A stretch of 64,000 nucleotides of DNA. Source: an uncultured Chloroflexia bacterium. GTDB taxonomy: Bacteria; Chloroflexota; Limnocylindria; Limnocylindrales; CSP1-4. Every line of letters starts with the position of its first letter. Position 1 is the first letter of the stretch. The position numbers were made by a program, and so were the translations under genes. Below, piece after piece: positions 1 to 13,866 of the stretch. Below the pieces are notes generated by a model. The model had not been told where the DNA came from and made no database searches. It worked only from the letters and a program-made list of their open reading frames with translations. The DNA lies in NCBI GenBank assembly GCA_963763775.1, contig CAVXPZ010000001.1, forward strand, positions 451 to 64,450, given 5' to 3'.

Positions 1-1158
<1,158 letters not shown>

Positions 1159-1420
1159 GGGAGATCCGAGTCTCGACCTTGGTGGGGTCGAGGCGTTGAT
1201 GGCTCCTAGGGTTGATCGCACGGTCGATTCGATGTCTCCCCGCCAGGTGGAGCTCGCCGGATCGGTCCCGCAAGGGACCGGGACGGAGACCGATCGCGAC
1301 CTGGAAAGAACACCGAAACCCATTCGGACATCCGAGTCCGGTCTTGCTGTCACTCTTCAAGGGTTAAGGTGCAGCCGCCCGCGACGACCTCGGTCGTCGA
1401 TCGGCATGGTTGCCCACGGC

Positions 1421-1497
1421 GGGCGATTAGCTCAGCTGGTTAGAGCGCTGCCCTGATAAGGCAGAGGTCTCTGGTTCGAGTCCAGAATCGCCCACCA
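1421..1497 (+). tRNA. tRNA-Ile (anticodon GAT) in the 16S-23S spacer, CCA encoded
   Basis: Hand-folded cloverleaf: acceptor GGGCGAT/ATCGCCC, anticodon loop CTGATAA, T arm TCTGG-TTCGAGT-CCAGA. Confidence 0.95.
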
Positions 1498-1517
1498 CTC
1501 ACCCATTCGGCGCCTAA

Positions 1518-1593
1518 GGGGACGTAGCTCAGTCGGTAGAGCATCTCCTTTGCAAGGAGAGGGTCAGGAGTTCGAGTCTCCTCGTCTCCACCA
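1518..1593 (+). tRNA. tRNA-Ala (anticodon TGC) in the 16S-23S spacer, CCA encoded
   Basis: Cloverleaf with acceptor GGGGACG/CGTCTCC including the G3:U70 alanine identity pair; anticodon loop TTTGCAA. Confidence 0.95.
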
Positions 1594-1809
1594 TCTCCAC
1601 GCGGTGCCGGACACGTAATCGAATAACTCCAGGTCGATCCACCGCCCCGCGGGCGGACGGGTGTCGACCGTCGACCTGTCATCGTTCCCCTGATCCGTGC
1701 TCTGCCGTCTCCGGCAGGACACCGACCAGCGGACCGCTGGGCGACGAAGGCTTCGGCCGACGTCGGTGACCCACCCTTCGGGGCGGGTCGCACCTTAACA
1801 ACTGGATAT

Positions 1810-1837
1810 GTGTTTCGGCAGATTGAAGATCTTCGAT
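1810..1837 (+). other. 5' strand of the 23S rRNA processing helix (pairs with 5045-5074)
   Basis: GTGTTTCGGCAG (1810-1821) is the exact reverse complement of CTGCCGAAACAC (5063-5074). GATCTTCGAT (1828-1837) is the exact reverse complement of ATCGAAGATC (5045-5054). Confidence 0.65.
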
Positions 1838-1911
1838 TTCGCCGAGTAGTCAAGGAATGATCCCGATATGGATCCCGCCGGCGACTGGCCACCTGGTCAG
1901 AGGCTGGAGGG

Positions 1912-4980
<3,069 letters not shown>

Positions 4981-5044
4981 TTCAGCAACTGACCAGGGGC
5001 CAGTGGCTGGGGTCCAGGGATCAGATCCCTGACTACTCATACAC

Positions 5045-5074
5045 GATCGAAGATCGACGACACTGCCGAAACAC
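5045..5074 (+). other. 3' strand of the 23S rRNA processing helix (pairs with 1810-1837)
   Basis: See 1810-1837: two perfect duplex segments (12 bp and 10 bp) separated by an internal loop, enclosing the whole 23S. Confidence 0.65.
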
Positions 5075-5095
5075 GTCCAGTTACACGCAAACGAT

Positions 5096-5211
<116 letters not shown>

Positions 5212-5287
5212 ATTTTGCGTTTCCCGGGGTCACCGCTATGGACCCCGCCATATCCGTCCGTGCAGGGCCCTCGGCTATGCTTGATCG

Positions 5288-6076
5288 ATGATCGAGGACG
5301 GGCGCGCCCCCGAGGTCCCCGACGCCGCAGCGGCCGCTGTCGGCACCGACGGCGACCCAGCCGGACTTCCCACCCACGCCATCTGCCCGTTCCTGCTGTC
5401 CGCCGACGGCGGGTGGCGGAGCGTGACCGCCGTACGCGACCACCGCTGCACCGCGGTGACCCCGCCGGCGCCACTCGCGGTCGAGAAGCAACGACGCCTC
5501 TGCCTGACGGCCGAGCACGCCACCTGCGCGACCTATCTCGCGGCGGGTGAGGCACGCGCGGCAGGCCACCGCACGATCGAGCGGCGCCGGCCGGTCGCGC
5601 GAACGACGCCACTGGTCCTCGACCAGGGCCGTTTGGCCGTTTCGATGCCGGCGATCCGAACGCCGGCGAGTGCCGGCCAGGCGATCCTCATCGGCCTGCT
5701 GGCGATCGCGTTCGTCTTCGTGCTGTTCGCCAAGCTTTCCAGCGACGGCTCGTCGGCCGGGGTCATCGTCCCGGTCGGCTCGTCACCCTCGCCAGCGGCC
5801 ACCGAAGCCGCGGCCGGCACGCGCACGCCCGCCTCCGCCAAGCCGGCCGGCGGCACGTCTGCGACGCCTGCGCCCAGCCCCACCCTGGTCCCGACCAAGG
5901 GCAAGCCCACGCCGACGCCGGCCGGTCAGCACGCCTCCACCTACAAGGTCAAGTCGGGGGACACCATGAGCGGCATCGCCGCCAAGTTCGGTGTCACGGT
6001 CAAGGCCCTCGCCAAGATCAACAAGATCACGGACCCGTCCAAGATCCACGTCGGACAGGTGCTGAAGCTCCCGTAA
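5288..6076 (+). CDS. Membrane-anchored LysM domain protein with an N-terminal Cys/His-rich segment
   Basis: ORF track 262 aa. C-terminal YKVKSGDTMSGIAAKFGVTVKALAKINKITDPSKIHVGQVLKLP is a LysM motif; one hydrophobic helix (AILIGLLAIAFVFVLFA); Pro/Ala/Thr linker. Start codon not certain. Confidence 0.75.
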   Translation: MIEDGRAPEVPDAAAAAVGTDGDPAGLPTHAICPFLLSADGGWRSVTAVRDHRCTAVTPPAPLAVEKQRRLCLTAEHATCATYLAAGEARAAGHRTIERRRPVARTTPLVLDQGRLAVSMPAIRTPASAGQAILIGLLAIAFVFVLFAKLSSDGSSAGVIVPVGSSPSPAATEAAAGTRTPASAKPAGGTSATPAPSPTLVPTKGKPTPTPAGQHASTYKVKSGDTMSGIAAKFGVTVKALAKINKITDPSKIHVGQVLKLP

Positions 6077-6098
6077 CCCTCCGCCACGCGCGTCCGCC

Positions 6099-6974
6099 TC
6101 AGCGCTGGCACCCTCGGCAGTACGACGTGATGAATCCGCCGGCCCGGACCTCGGTGATCCTCGTCCCGCACCGCGGGCAGGGCTGGCCGCCCTTGTCGTG
6201 GACCGCGAGGAAGTCCCGGACCTGGCGCTCGAACGTCGGCGGCACGCGGTCCCGAAGCACGTCGACGGCCGTGGCGAGGGTCGTCCGCATCGACGCGTAC
6301 AGCGCGTCCGCCTCCTCCGCGGCGAGGCTCGCCCGTTTGCGGAACGGCAGCAGACCCGCCGCATGCAGGATCTCGTCGCTGTAGGCATTGCCGATCCCGG
6401 CCACGAAGGCCTGGTTCCGGAGCAGGTTCTTGAGCTCGCCCGGGTGCCGCTTGATCCGGGTGCGCCACACGTCGAGCGTCAGCGACGGGTCGTCGGCGTC
6501 CGGGCCCTGGTCGTCGCCGCCGAGCCCGGCGACCGGTCGGTCGATGCCGGCGGGCTGGAGATAGACCTTGCCCATCTGCGTGGGGTCTCGGTACCGGACC
6601 TCGGGGGTGGCCGCATCGGTCGGGAGCCACGCGGCCCCTCGAGTCCAGCGGGCCGCATCTTTCGGCGCGCGCGCGCGAGGCCCGAACCCCCAGGTGACCG
6701 CCGTCTTGGACGGATGCTTGTCACCGGGTGACGCAAGCTGGAACCGTCCGGTGAGCATCGGGTTGACGACGATCTCGTCGCGATCCAGCTCGACCAGCAG
6801 GAACTTGCCCCGTCGACGGATCGTTCGGACGGTCTGGCCGACCATCGCCTGCAGCTCGGCCGGCGTCCCGCGGACGGCGAGGGGCGCAAGGGCCTCCGCC
6901 GACCGGATCGGGCGTCCGGCGAGGGCCGCATGGAAGGCCTCGGCGACGATCGTCAGGTCGGGCAATTCGGGCAC
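6099..6974 (-). CDS. Fpg/Nei family DNA glycosylase / AP lyase
   Basis: GTG start at 6974 gives (M)PELPDL, the catalytic N-terminus of the family. C-terminal zinc finger CPRCGTRITEVRAGGFITSYCRGCQ. The upstream 46 codons of the ORF-track ORF are discarded. Confidence 0.88.
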   Translation of the reverse strand: MPELPDLTIVAEAFHAALAGRPIRSAEALAPLAVRGTPAELQAMVGQTVRTIRRRGKFLLVELDRDEIVVNPMLTGRFQLASPGDKHPSKTAVTWGFGPRARAPKDAARWTRGAAWLPTDAATPEVRYRDPTQMGKVYLQPAGIDRPVAGLGGDDQGPDADDPSLTLDVWRTRIKRHPGELKNLLRNQAFVAGIGNAYSDEILHAAGLLPFRKRASLAAEEADALYASMRTTLATAVDVLRDRVPPTFERQVRDFLAVHDKGGQPCPRCGTRITEVRAGGFITSYCRGCQR

Positions 6975-6994
6975 GGTCGGCCGATCGTAGCCGA

Positions 6995-7024
6995 TTGTGA
7001 GCGCCAGACGGCCTGTGCTAGACT
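6995..7024 (+). promoter_or_regulatory. Candidate sigma-70-type promoter upstream of rpsA
   Basis: TTGTGA (6995-7000), 18-nt spacer ending in TGC, TAGACT (7019-7024). Same architecture as the candidate rpsL promoter. Confidence 0.35.
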
Positions 7025-7201
7025 CTCCCGGCCCCGAGAGGCAGGACAGCTGAAGAGCGACCAGCCAGTCATTTCCACGCACGAAGGAGCGGACCGCGGA
7101 GTCGATCACCACGGACCACTTGATCGGACCGGAGACGGCTTGAGCGTCGCTCAGGCCGTTCGTGATTCTCGGGAGCCTCGACCATAGGAGAGACCCACAC
7201 G

Positions 7202-9631
7202 TTGACCGAAGAAGAGCAGGGCGGGACCGCGCTGGAGACCGAGGCTGTCGCCTCCGTCACCGACCCGGCGCCCGAAGCCAGCGTCGCGACCCAGGTCGTC
7301 GACGAGCCCGCCACCGACCAGGACGCCCCTGAGGCGCCCGCCGATCCCGAGCCGGCCATCGCTGAAGCGATCGCCGACGAGCCGAGCATCGCCGAAGCGG
7401 CGGTGGACGTCCCGACGACCCCCGAAGGGGATGCGCCCACGGAGCCCGATCCGGCCCCGGCGGCCGACGCGGCCGGGGTGACCGACGCGGCCGGGGTGAC
7501 CGACGCGGACACCGAGGATGCGCCGGCCGCGAGCGACGACGAGCTCGAGCCCGAACCCGCGCCGGTGCGCGAGCTCGGCCCGGAGCCGACGACGATGGCC
7601 GAGCTGCTCGCGGAGCAGGACTCGGATATCAAGAGCTTCAAGCACGGGGACGTCGTCGAGGGGACCGTGGTCCGGATCGACAAGGACGAGATCCTGGTCG
7701 ACATCGGCGCCAAGAGCGAGGGCGTGGTCAGCAACCGCGAGCTCTTCGGTCGCCACGGCGAGGGCCAGCCCCAGCTCGCGATCGGTGACACGGTCCTCGT
7801 GTACGTCCTGCAGCCCGAGTCCCCCGAGGGCCACGTCGTGCTGTCGCTCCGCCGCGCCGGCCTCGAGCGCAAGTGGCGCGCGATGCAGGAGCAGTTCGAG
7901 ACGGGCGTCATCATCGAGGCGCCGGTCATCGACCACAACAAGGGCGGCCTCATCGTCGACTGCGGGATCCGCGGGTTCGTGCCGATCAGCCAGATCGTCG
8001 ACTTCCCGCGCCGTCCCCAGAACGACCAGCCGCGCGATGCGGCCCAGGAGATCGCCGAGAAGCTGCAGCCGTTCGTCGGTCGCAAGCTCCGCCTCAAGAT
8101 CCTCGAGGTCAACCGCAAGGCCAACCGCCTCATCCTCTCGGAGAAGGTCGCCCTCTACGAGGAGCGGCGCGAGAAGCGGGACGAGCTGTTCAGCAGCCTC
8201 CAGGTCGGCCAGACCGTCAAGGGCACCGTCCGCTCGATCGCGCCGTTCGGCGTGTTCATCGATCTCGGTGGCATCGACGGCCTCGTCCACAAGAGCGAGC
8301 TCTCGTGGAACAAGGTCAACAACCCCGAAGCCGGCTACAAGGTCGGCGAAGAGGTCGAGGCCGAGGTCATCGACATCAACCACGAGCGCGGTCGCATCAG
8401 CCTGTCGATCCGTCGCCTGCAGCCGGACCCGTGGCACTCCACGGTCGCGGACTTCAATGTCGGCGACATCATCGACGGCACCGTCACGAAGCTCGTCAAT
8501 TTCGGCGCGTTCGTCCGGGTGCGTGACGGCCTCGAAGGCCTGATCCACATCAGCGAGCTGTCCCATCAGCGCGTCGCCCATCCGGCCGACGTCGTCCACG
8601 AGGGCCAGCAGCTCAAGCTCAAGATCATCTCGCTCGACTCCGAGCGGCACCGCCTGGGGCTGAGCCTCAAGCAGGCCGAGGAGCCGCCGGCCCGACCGGC
8701 CGCCGAGCCGAGCGCCCCCGGGGCGCCTCGTGCCGAGCGCCGGCCGCGACCGGAGCGCGGGTACTCGATGTCCGACGCCGTCCAGGAGCCCGAAGGCGGG
8801 ATCGACAACACCCTCGCGTCCGCGTTCGCGCAGGTCCGTCAGCAGTTGGCGGCGGCCGAGGTGGACGAGGTCCGCGACGAGGTCGCGGCCGACGAGTTCG
8901 TCGAGGAGAGCGCGGCGGCCGAGGCCATCGACGAGATCGCCCAGACCGTCGCCGCGGACGAGGTCGCCGAAGAGGCGGCGGGCGCCGCCGTCGTCGAGGC
9001 GATCGTCGAGACCGTCGGTGAGGACGAGGCCGTCGAGGAAGCCGGCGCGACCGAGGCCATCGCCGACATCCAGGAGAGCGTCGCCGAGGACGAGGTCGCC
9101 GAGGAATCGGCCGCCGCCGAGGCGATCGACGAGATCATCGCCGCCGTCGCGGCCGACGAGGCCGAGCTCGAGACCGCCGGTGCGGCCGAGATCGATCGCC
9201 TCGCCGACGCGGCCGCAGCGAACGAGGCCAACGAACAGCCCGCGATCGACGCGGCCGTGGATGTCGTCGAAGGCATCGCGGCTGCCGAGGCGGCCGAGGA
9301 GACAGCGGCCGAGGACGCGATCGACGACATCGTCGAAGGGGTCGCGTCCGACGAGTACGCCGAGGAGACGGCCGCGCACACCGCGGTCGACGAGATCGTC
9401 GCCGGCGTCTCGGCCGACGAGAGCGCCGAGGAGACCGCGGCCGCTGCTGCGATCGACCAGGTCGTCGAGACCGTCGCCGCGGACGAGGTCGCCGAGGAGG
9501 CGGCCGCGACCGAGGTCGTCGAGGCGATCGTGGAGACCGTCGCCGAGGACGAGGCCGAGATCGAGGCCAAGGCCACCGACGACATCATCGAGATCGCCGA
9601 CGAGACCATGGAGGCGAACACCAAGGGCTGA
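7202..9631 (+). CDS. rpsA: 30S ribosomal protein S1 with acidic N- and C-terminal extensions
   Basis: Four S1/OB repeats (GDVVEGTVVRIDKDEILVDIG..., VIEAPVIDHNKGGLIVD..., GQTVKGTVRSIAPFGVFIDLG..., GDIIDGTVTKLVNFGAFVRV...). TTG start at 7202 with AGGAGA upstream. An alternative canonical start (MAELLAEQ) lies at 7595. Confidence 0.9.
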   Translation: MTEEEQGGTALETEAVASVTDPAPEASVATQVVDEPATDQDAPEAPADPEPAIAEAIADEPSIAEAAVDVPTTPEGDAPTEPDPAPAADAAGVTDAAGVTDADTEDAPAASDDELEPEPAPVRELGPEPTTMAELLAEQDSDIKSFKHGDVVEGTVVRIDKDEILVDIGAKSEGVVSNRELFGRHGEGQPQLAIGDTVLVYVLQPESPEGHVVLSLRRAGLERKWRAMQEQFETGVIIEAPVIDHNKGGLIVDCGIRGFVPISQIVDFPRRPQNDQPRDAAQEIAEKLQPFVGRKLRLKILEVNRKANRLILSEKVALYEERREKRDELFSSLQVGQTVKGTVRSIAPFGVFIDLGGIDGLVHKSELSWNKVNNPEAGYKVGEEVEAEVIDINHERGRISLSIRRLQPDPWHSTVADFNVGDIIDGTVTKLVNFGAFVRVRDGLEGLIHISELSHQRVAHPADVVHEGQQLKLKIISLDSERHRLGLSLKQAEEPPARPAAEPSAPGAPRAERRPRPERGYSMSDAVQEPEGGIDNTLASAFAQVRQQLAAAEVDEVRDEVAADEFVEESAAAEAIDEIAQTVAADEVAEEAAGAAVVEAIVETVGEDEAVEEAGATEAIADIQESVAEDEVAEESAAAEAIDEIIAAVAADEAELETAGAAEIDRLADAAAANEANEQPAIDAAVDVVEGIAAAEAAEETAAEDAIDDIVEGVASDEYAEETAAHTAVDEIVAGVSADESAEETAAAAAIDQVVETVAADEVAEEAAATEVVEAIVETVAEDEAEIEAKATDDIIEIADETMEANTKG
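7466..7501 (+). repeat. Perfect 18-bp tandem duplication inside the rpsA N-terminal extension
   Basis: GACGCGGCCGGGGTGACC x2, then a partial third unit; encodes DAAGVT DAAGVT. Confidence 0.85.
8903..9628 (+). repeat. About 11 degenerate 66-nt (22-aa) tandem coding repeats forming the S1 C-terminal tail
   Basis: EE dipeptides recur at residues 568, 590, 612, 634, (656), 699, 721, 743, 765, (787). Unit is approximately EExAAxEAIDEIxxxVAADEVA. Confidence 0.8.
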
Positions 9632-9668
9632 CGCCCGGACGTGACCGCGCCACGCTCGACGCCGCCTG

Positions 9669-9700
9669 ACGACCCGCCGGACCCCGGCGGGTCGTTGCAA
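9669..9700 (+). terminator. Rho-independent terminator candidate after rpsA
   Basis: ACGACCCGCCGG-ACC-CCGGCGGGTCGT, a 12-bp GC-rich stem, followed by TTGCAATTCCTTA. Confidence 0.55.
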
Positions 9701-9856
9701 TTCCTTACCGTCGGATCATGCATCCAGCGGGCCGGTCGGAACGTTTGACGGAGTAGACACCGGACGTCCCGCTAGCCGACTTGCGGCGGGGTACGGTGCT
9801 AGCATGGCCACAGCGTCACGCTCGTGAGGCTGGCAAGGGAACAGGCGTTCGACTCG

Positions 9857-12334
9857 ATGGATCGCTTCGACAAGTTCACGGATCGCGCGCGCAAGGTCCT
9901 GACTCTCGCGCAGGACGAGGCGCAGCGGTTCAACCACAACTACATCGGCACGGAGCATCTGCTCCTGGGCCTCGTCCGCGAGGGCGAGGGGGTCGCCGCT
10001 CGCGTCCTCGAGAACATGAACGTCGAGCTGCCCAAGGTCCGAACGGCCGTCGAGTTCATCATCGGCCGTGGCGATCGCCCGGTCGTCGGCGAGGTCGGCC
10101 TGACGCCGCGCGCGAAGCGGGTCATCGAGCTCGCCATCGACGAGGCCCGTCGCCTCGGGCACAACTACATCGGCACCGAGCACCTGCTCCTCGGCCTCGT
10201 CCGTGAGGGCGAGGGGATCGCCGCCGGCGTCCTGGAGTCCCTGGGCGTCAACCTGGACAAGGTCCGCCACGAGGTCATCCGCGTCCTGTCGCAGAGCTCG
10301 TCCGCCGGCCCGTCCGCGCAGGAGACGAAGCGCGCGAGCAAGACTCCGACGGTCGACCAGCTCGGGATCAACCTCACCGACGCGGCCCGTGCGGGCAAGC
10401 TCGACCCGGTCATCGGGCGCGAGAAGGAGATCGAGCGCGTCATCCAGATCCTGTCGCGACGCACGAAGAACAACCCTGCCCTCATCGGCGAGCCGGGCGT
10501 CGGCAAGACCGCGATCGCGGAGGGCCTGGCCCATCGGATCATCGCGGGCGACGTGCCGGAGACCCTGCTGAACAAGCGGGTCCTGACCCTGGACATCGGC
10601 TCGCTCGTGGCCGGGACCAAGTACCGCGGCGAGTTCGAGGAGCGGCTCAAGAAGATCATCGAGGAGCTCCGCAACACCAACGACGCGGTCCTCTTCATCG
10701 ACGAGCTCCACACGCTCGTCGGCGCCGGCGCCGCCGAGGGGGCCATCGACGCGGCGAACATCCTCAAGCCGCCGCTCGCGCGCGGCGAGCTCCAGTGCAT
10801 CGGCGCGACGACGCTCGACGAGTACCGCAAGTACATCGAGCGCGATGCGGCCCTCGAGCGCCGCTTCCAGCCGGTCATGGTCGAGGAGCCGACCCTCGAG
10901 CAGACCATCGAGATCCTCATGGGGATCCGCGAGCGCTACGAGCAGCACCACAAGGTCACGATCAGCGACGAGGCCGTGAAGGCCGCCGCCGACCTCTCGA
11001 CGCGCTACATCACCGACCGCCATCTCCCGGACAAGGCGATCGACCTCATCGACGAGGCCGCCTCGCGGGTCCGCCTCCGCCACTCGAGCGCGCCGCCCGC
11101 GCTCCGCGAGGCCCAGAAGGACCTCGAGCGGATCACCAAGGAGAAGGACGCCGCGATCAACAACCAGGAGTACGAGGAGGCGGCGACGCTGCGCGAGGCC
11201 GAGGCCACCGCGCGGGAGTCCGTCGACGCGCTCCGGACCGAGTGGCAGTCGCAGATGTCGGGCGACCAGCCGGTCGTGGACGACGAGGAGATCGCCCAGG
11301 TCGTGGCGATGTGGACCGGCATCCCGGTCACGCGGATCGCCCAGGAGGAGTCCGAGCGGCTGCTCCACATGGAGGACGCGCTCCACAACCGCGTCATCGG
11401 CCAGCAGGAGGCCATCGAGATCGTCTCGAAGGCCGTGCGCCGGGCGCGTGCGGGTCTCAAGGATCCGAAGCGGCCCATCGGGTCGTTCATCTTCCTCGGC
11501 CCGACCGGCGTCGGGAAGACGGAGTTGGCCAAGGCGCTCGCCGAGTTCATGTTCGGGAGCGAGGACGCGCTCATCAAGATCGACATGAGCGAGTTCATGG
11601 AGCGCCACAACGTCAGCCGGCTCGTCGGGGCGCCTCCCGGCTACGTCGGGTTCGACGAGGGCGGCCAGCTGACCGAGGCGGTCCGGCGCAAGAGCTACGC
11701 GGTCGTCCTCCTCGACGAGGTCGAGAAGGCGCACCCCGAGGTCTTCAACATCCTGCTCCAGATCCTGGAGGACGGGCACCTGTCCGATGCCAAGGGCCGG
11801 CGGGTGGACTTCCGGAACTGCATCATCATCATGACCTCCAACCTCGGGGCGAAGCAGCTCCAGACGAACTCGAGCCTCGGGTTCCGCGTCACGGGCGACA
11901 CGGACGCGACCAAGGCGCAGATCTCGTACGACCTCATGAAGGAGAAGGTCCAGGTCGAGCTCAAGGCGAGCTTCCGACCGGAGTTCCTCAACCGGATCGA
12001 CGCGACCGTCGTCTTCCGGTCGCTGACGGTCGAGGAGATCACCGAGATCGTCGACCTGATGCTGGCTCGCGTGCGCGACCAGCTGCGCGCCCAGCAGATG
12101 TTCCTCGAGGTCACCCAGGCCGCCAAGGAGCACATCATCAAGCTCGGCTACGACGTGGCCTACGGGGCGCGGCCGCTCCGCCGGGTCATCCAGAACATGG
12201 TCGAGGACGTGCTCGCGGAGCACCTGCTCCTGGGACGCTACGAACCGGGCACGACGATCGTGGTCGACAAGGACCCCGAGGCGGGCCTGGACATCCACGC
12301 CGCCGAGCCGCTCACCCCGGTCGAGGCCGTCTGA
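9857..12334 (+). CDS. clpC: ATP-dependent Clp protease ATP-binding subunit ClpC
   Basis: [39 protein letters not shown] (duplicated Clp_N); two AAA+ modules with Walker A motifs GEPGVGKT and GPTGVGKT; UVR-like middle segment. ATG 9857 preferred over GTG 9824. Confidence 0.93.
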   Translation: MDRFDKFTDRARKVLTLAQDEAQRFNHNYIGTEHLLLGLVREGEGVAARVLENMNVELPKVRTAVEFIIGRGDRPVVGEVGLTPRAKRVIELAIDEARRLGHNYIGTEHLLLGLVREGEGIAAGVLESLGVNLDKVRHEVIRVLSQSSSAGPSAQETKRASKTPTVDQLGINLTDAARAGKLDPVIGREKEIERVIQILSRRTKNNPALIGEPGVGKTAIAEGLAHRIIAGDVPETLLNKRVLTLDIGSLVAGTKYRGEFEERLKKIIEELRNTNDAVLFIDELHTLVGAGAAEGAIDAANILKPPLARGELQCIGATTLDEYRKYIERDAALERRFQPVMVEEPTLEQTIEILMGIRERYEQHHKVTISDEAVKAAADLSTRYITDRHLPDKAIDLIDEAASRVRLRHSSAPPALREAQKDLERITKEKDAAINNQEYEEAATLREAEATARESVDALRTEWQSQMSGDQPVVDDEEIAQVVAMWTGIPVTRIAQEESERLLHMEDALHNRVIGQQEAIEIVSKAVRRARAGLKDPKRPIGSFIFLGPTGVGKTELAKALAEFMFGSEDALIKIDMSEFMERHNVSRLVGAPPGYVGFDEGGQLTEAVRRKSYAVVLLDEVEKAHPEVFNILLQILEDGHLSDAKGRRVDFRNCIIIMTSNLGAKQLQTNSSLGFRVTGDTDATKAQISYDLMKEKVQVELKASFRPEFLNRIDATVVFRSLTVEEITEIVDLMLARVRDQLRAQQMFLEVTQAAKEHIIKLGYDVAYGARPLRRVIQNMVEDVLAEHLLLGRYEPGTTIVVDKDPEAGLDIHAAEPLTPVEAV

Positions 12335-12367
12335 GCGTGGGCGCGTCCGGCGCGCCCCGGCGCTGAC

Positions 12368-13807
12368 ATGGCGCGGCCCGAGAGCCGCTACATCTGCGGG
12401 AACTGCGGCGATGCCTTCCTTCGCTGGGAAGGGCAGTGCCGGACCTGCGGGACCTGGAACAGCCTCGTCGAGACAGTCGTCCACGAACCGAAACGGACCG
12501 CCCGCGCACGCGCTCGGACGAGTGCCCCGGTCGCGGCCGCCCAGACCCTCGCCGGCGTCGGCGACGCCGAGGCGCCACGGCTCCCGGTCGGGATCGGGGA
12601 ACTTGATCGGGTCCTTGGCGGCGGACTCGTGCCCGGGTCGGTCGTGCTCCTCGGCGGCGAGCCGGGGATCGGCAAGTCCACCCTCCTCCTCCAGGCGCTG
12701 GCCGGCCTCGTCGACGGGGCCGCGGCCGATCTCGGCGCGCTCTACGCGACCGGCGAGGAATCCGCGGCCCAGGTCCGTCTTCGAGCCACCCGGCTCGGTC
12801 TCATCGGTGGGGCGGTCGGCGAGCGTGTGCGCGTGCTGGCGGAGCACGAGATCGGACGGATCGTCGAGGAGGCACGGGCCCATCCGCCGGCGGTCCTCGT
12901 GGTCGACTCGGTGCAGACCGCGACGGTCGACGAGCTCGACGGACCGGCAGGGAGCGTCGGCCAGGTCCGCGAGGCCACGCTGCGACTCATGGAGTACGCG
13001 AAGGGCGAGGGCGCCGCGGTGATCCTCGCGGGCCACGTCACGAAGGACGGGACGATCGCCGGACCGAAGACCCTGGAGCATCTCGTCGACGCGGTGATCA
13101 ACCTCGAGGGGGAGCGCTACGCGGCACTCCGGCTCCTCCGCGCCTCGAAGAACCGGTTCGGGTCGACGGAGGAGGTCGGCGTCTTCGAGATGGGCGATGC
13201 CGGGATGCGCGAGGTCGCCGATCCCGCTCGCGCGTTCCTCGCCGATCATGACGAACCGGCGCCGGGCAGCGTCGTGGCGCCGACGCTCGAAGGCAGCCGG
13301 CCGCTGCTCGTCGAGGTCCAGGGCCTGGTGTCCGCCGCGCGCTTCGGGTCGCCGGTCCGCCGCGCCAGCGGCCTCGACGGCAATCGCCTCAGCCTGCTCG
13401 TGGCGGTGCTCGGCCGGCGAGCGGGCATCGGCCTCTCCGGCCACGATGTCTACGCCAACCTCGCGGGCGGCCTCGCGGTCGCGGAGCCCGGGCTTGACCT
13501 GCCGATCGCGCTCGCGCTGGCGTCGTCGCTGCGCGACCGGGCCGTCATCCCCGGCACGGTCGCGATCGGGGAAGTCGGATTGCTGGGGGAGTTGCGTCCG
13601 GTGGCGGGACTGGATCGCCGGCTCCGGGAGGCCGCCCGGCTCGGGTTCGTCAGGGCGATCGTGCCCCGGTCGAGCCGTGGCGCCCGACCCATCGAGGTGG
13701 CCGGCATGGAGGTCGTGGCGGTCGGCAGCCTGGCCGACGCGATCGCCCGCGCCCTCGTCGCCGGGAGTGAGAAGCGTGGCGAGGCGGTCGCCGCGATGCT
13801 AGGCTGA
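12368..13807 (+). CDS. radA: DNA repair protein RadA/Sms
   Basis: N-terminal zinc ribbon CGNCGDAFLRWEGQCRTCGTWN; Walker A GGEPGIGKST; KNRFG motif; Lon-like C-terminus. Confidence 0.95.
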   Translation: MARPESRYICGNCGDAFLRWEGQCRTCGTWNSLVETVVHEPKRTARARARTSAPVAAAQTLAGVGDAEAPRLPVGIGELDRVLGGGLVPGSVVLLGGEPGIGKSTLLLQALAGLVDGAAADLGALYATGEESAAQVRLRATRLGLIGGAVGERVRVLAEHEIGRIVEEARAHPPAVLVVDSVQTATVDELDGPAGSVGQVREATLRLMEYAKGEGAAVILAGHVTKDGTIAGPKTLEHLVDAVINLEGERYAALRLLRASKNRFGSTEEVGVFEMGDAGMREVADPARAFLADHDEPAPGSVVAPTLEGSRPLLVEVQGLVSAARFGSPVRRASGLDGNRLSLLVAVLGRRAGIGLSGHDVYANLAGGLAVAEPGLDLPIALALASSLRDRAVIPGTVAIGEVGLLGELRPVAGLDRRLREAARLGFVRAIVPRSSRGARPIEVAGMEVVAVGSLADAIARALVAGSEKRGEAVAAMLG

Positions 13808-13866
13808 CCGCCCCGTGCGAGCCGTTCCTCGGACAGGGACGCCGAAGTGAGGCCTGAAGGCAACCG

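Noticed and set aside
8903-9628. CRISPR array or other non-coding tandem repeat
   Set aside because: The 66-nt periodicity is degenerate and in-frame, lies within rpsA, and has no unique spacers. No cas genes are present, and no CRISPR-like array occurs anywhere in the window.
7151-13444. Very long antisense ORFs (for example 7151-9700 minus, 849 aa; 9716-13444 minus, 1242 aa; also 25414-28596 and 28984-31923 minus)
   Set aside because: They lie opposite unambiguous rpsA, clpC/radA, rpoB and rpoC. Their translations are Arg/Gly/Asp/Leu/Val-rich with no family motifs. This is the usual stop-codon depletion artefact of very GC-rich DNA.
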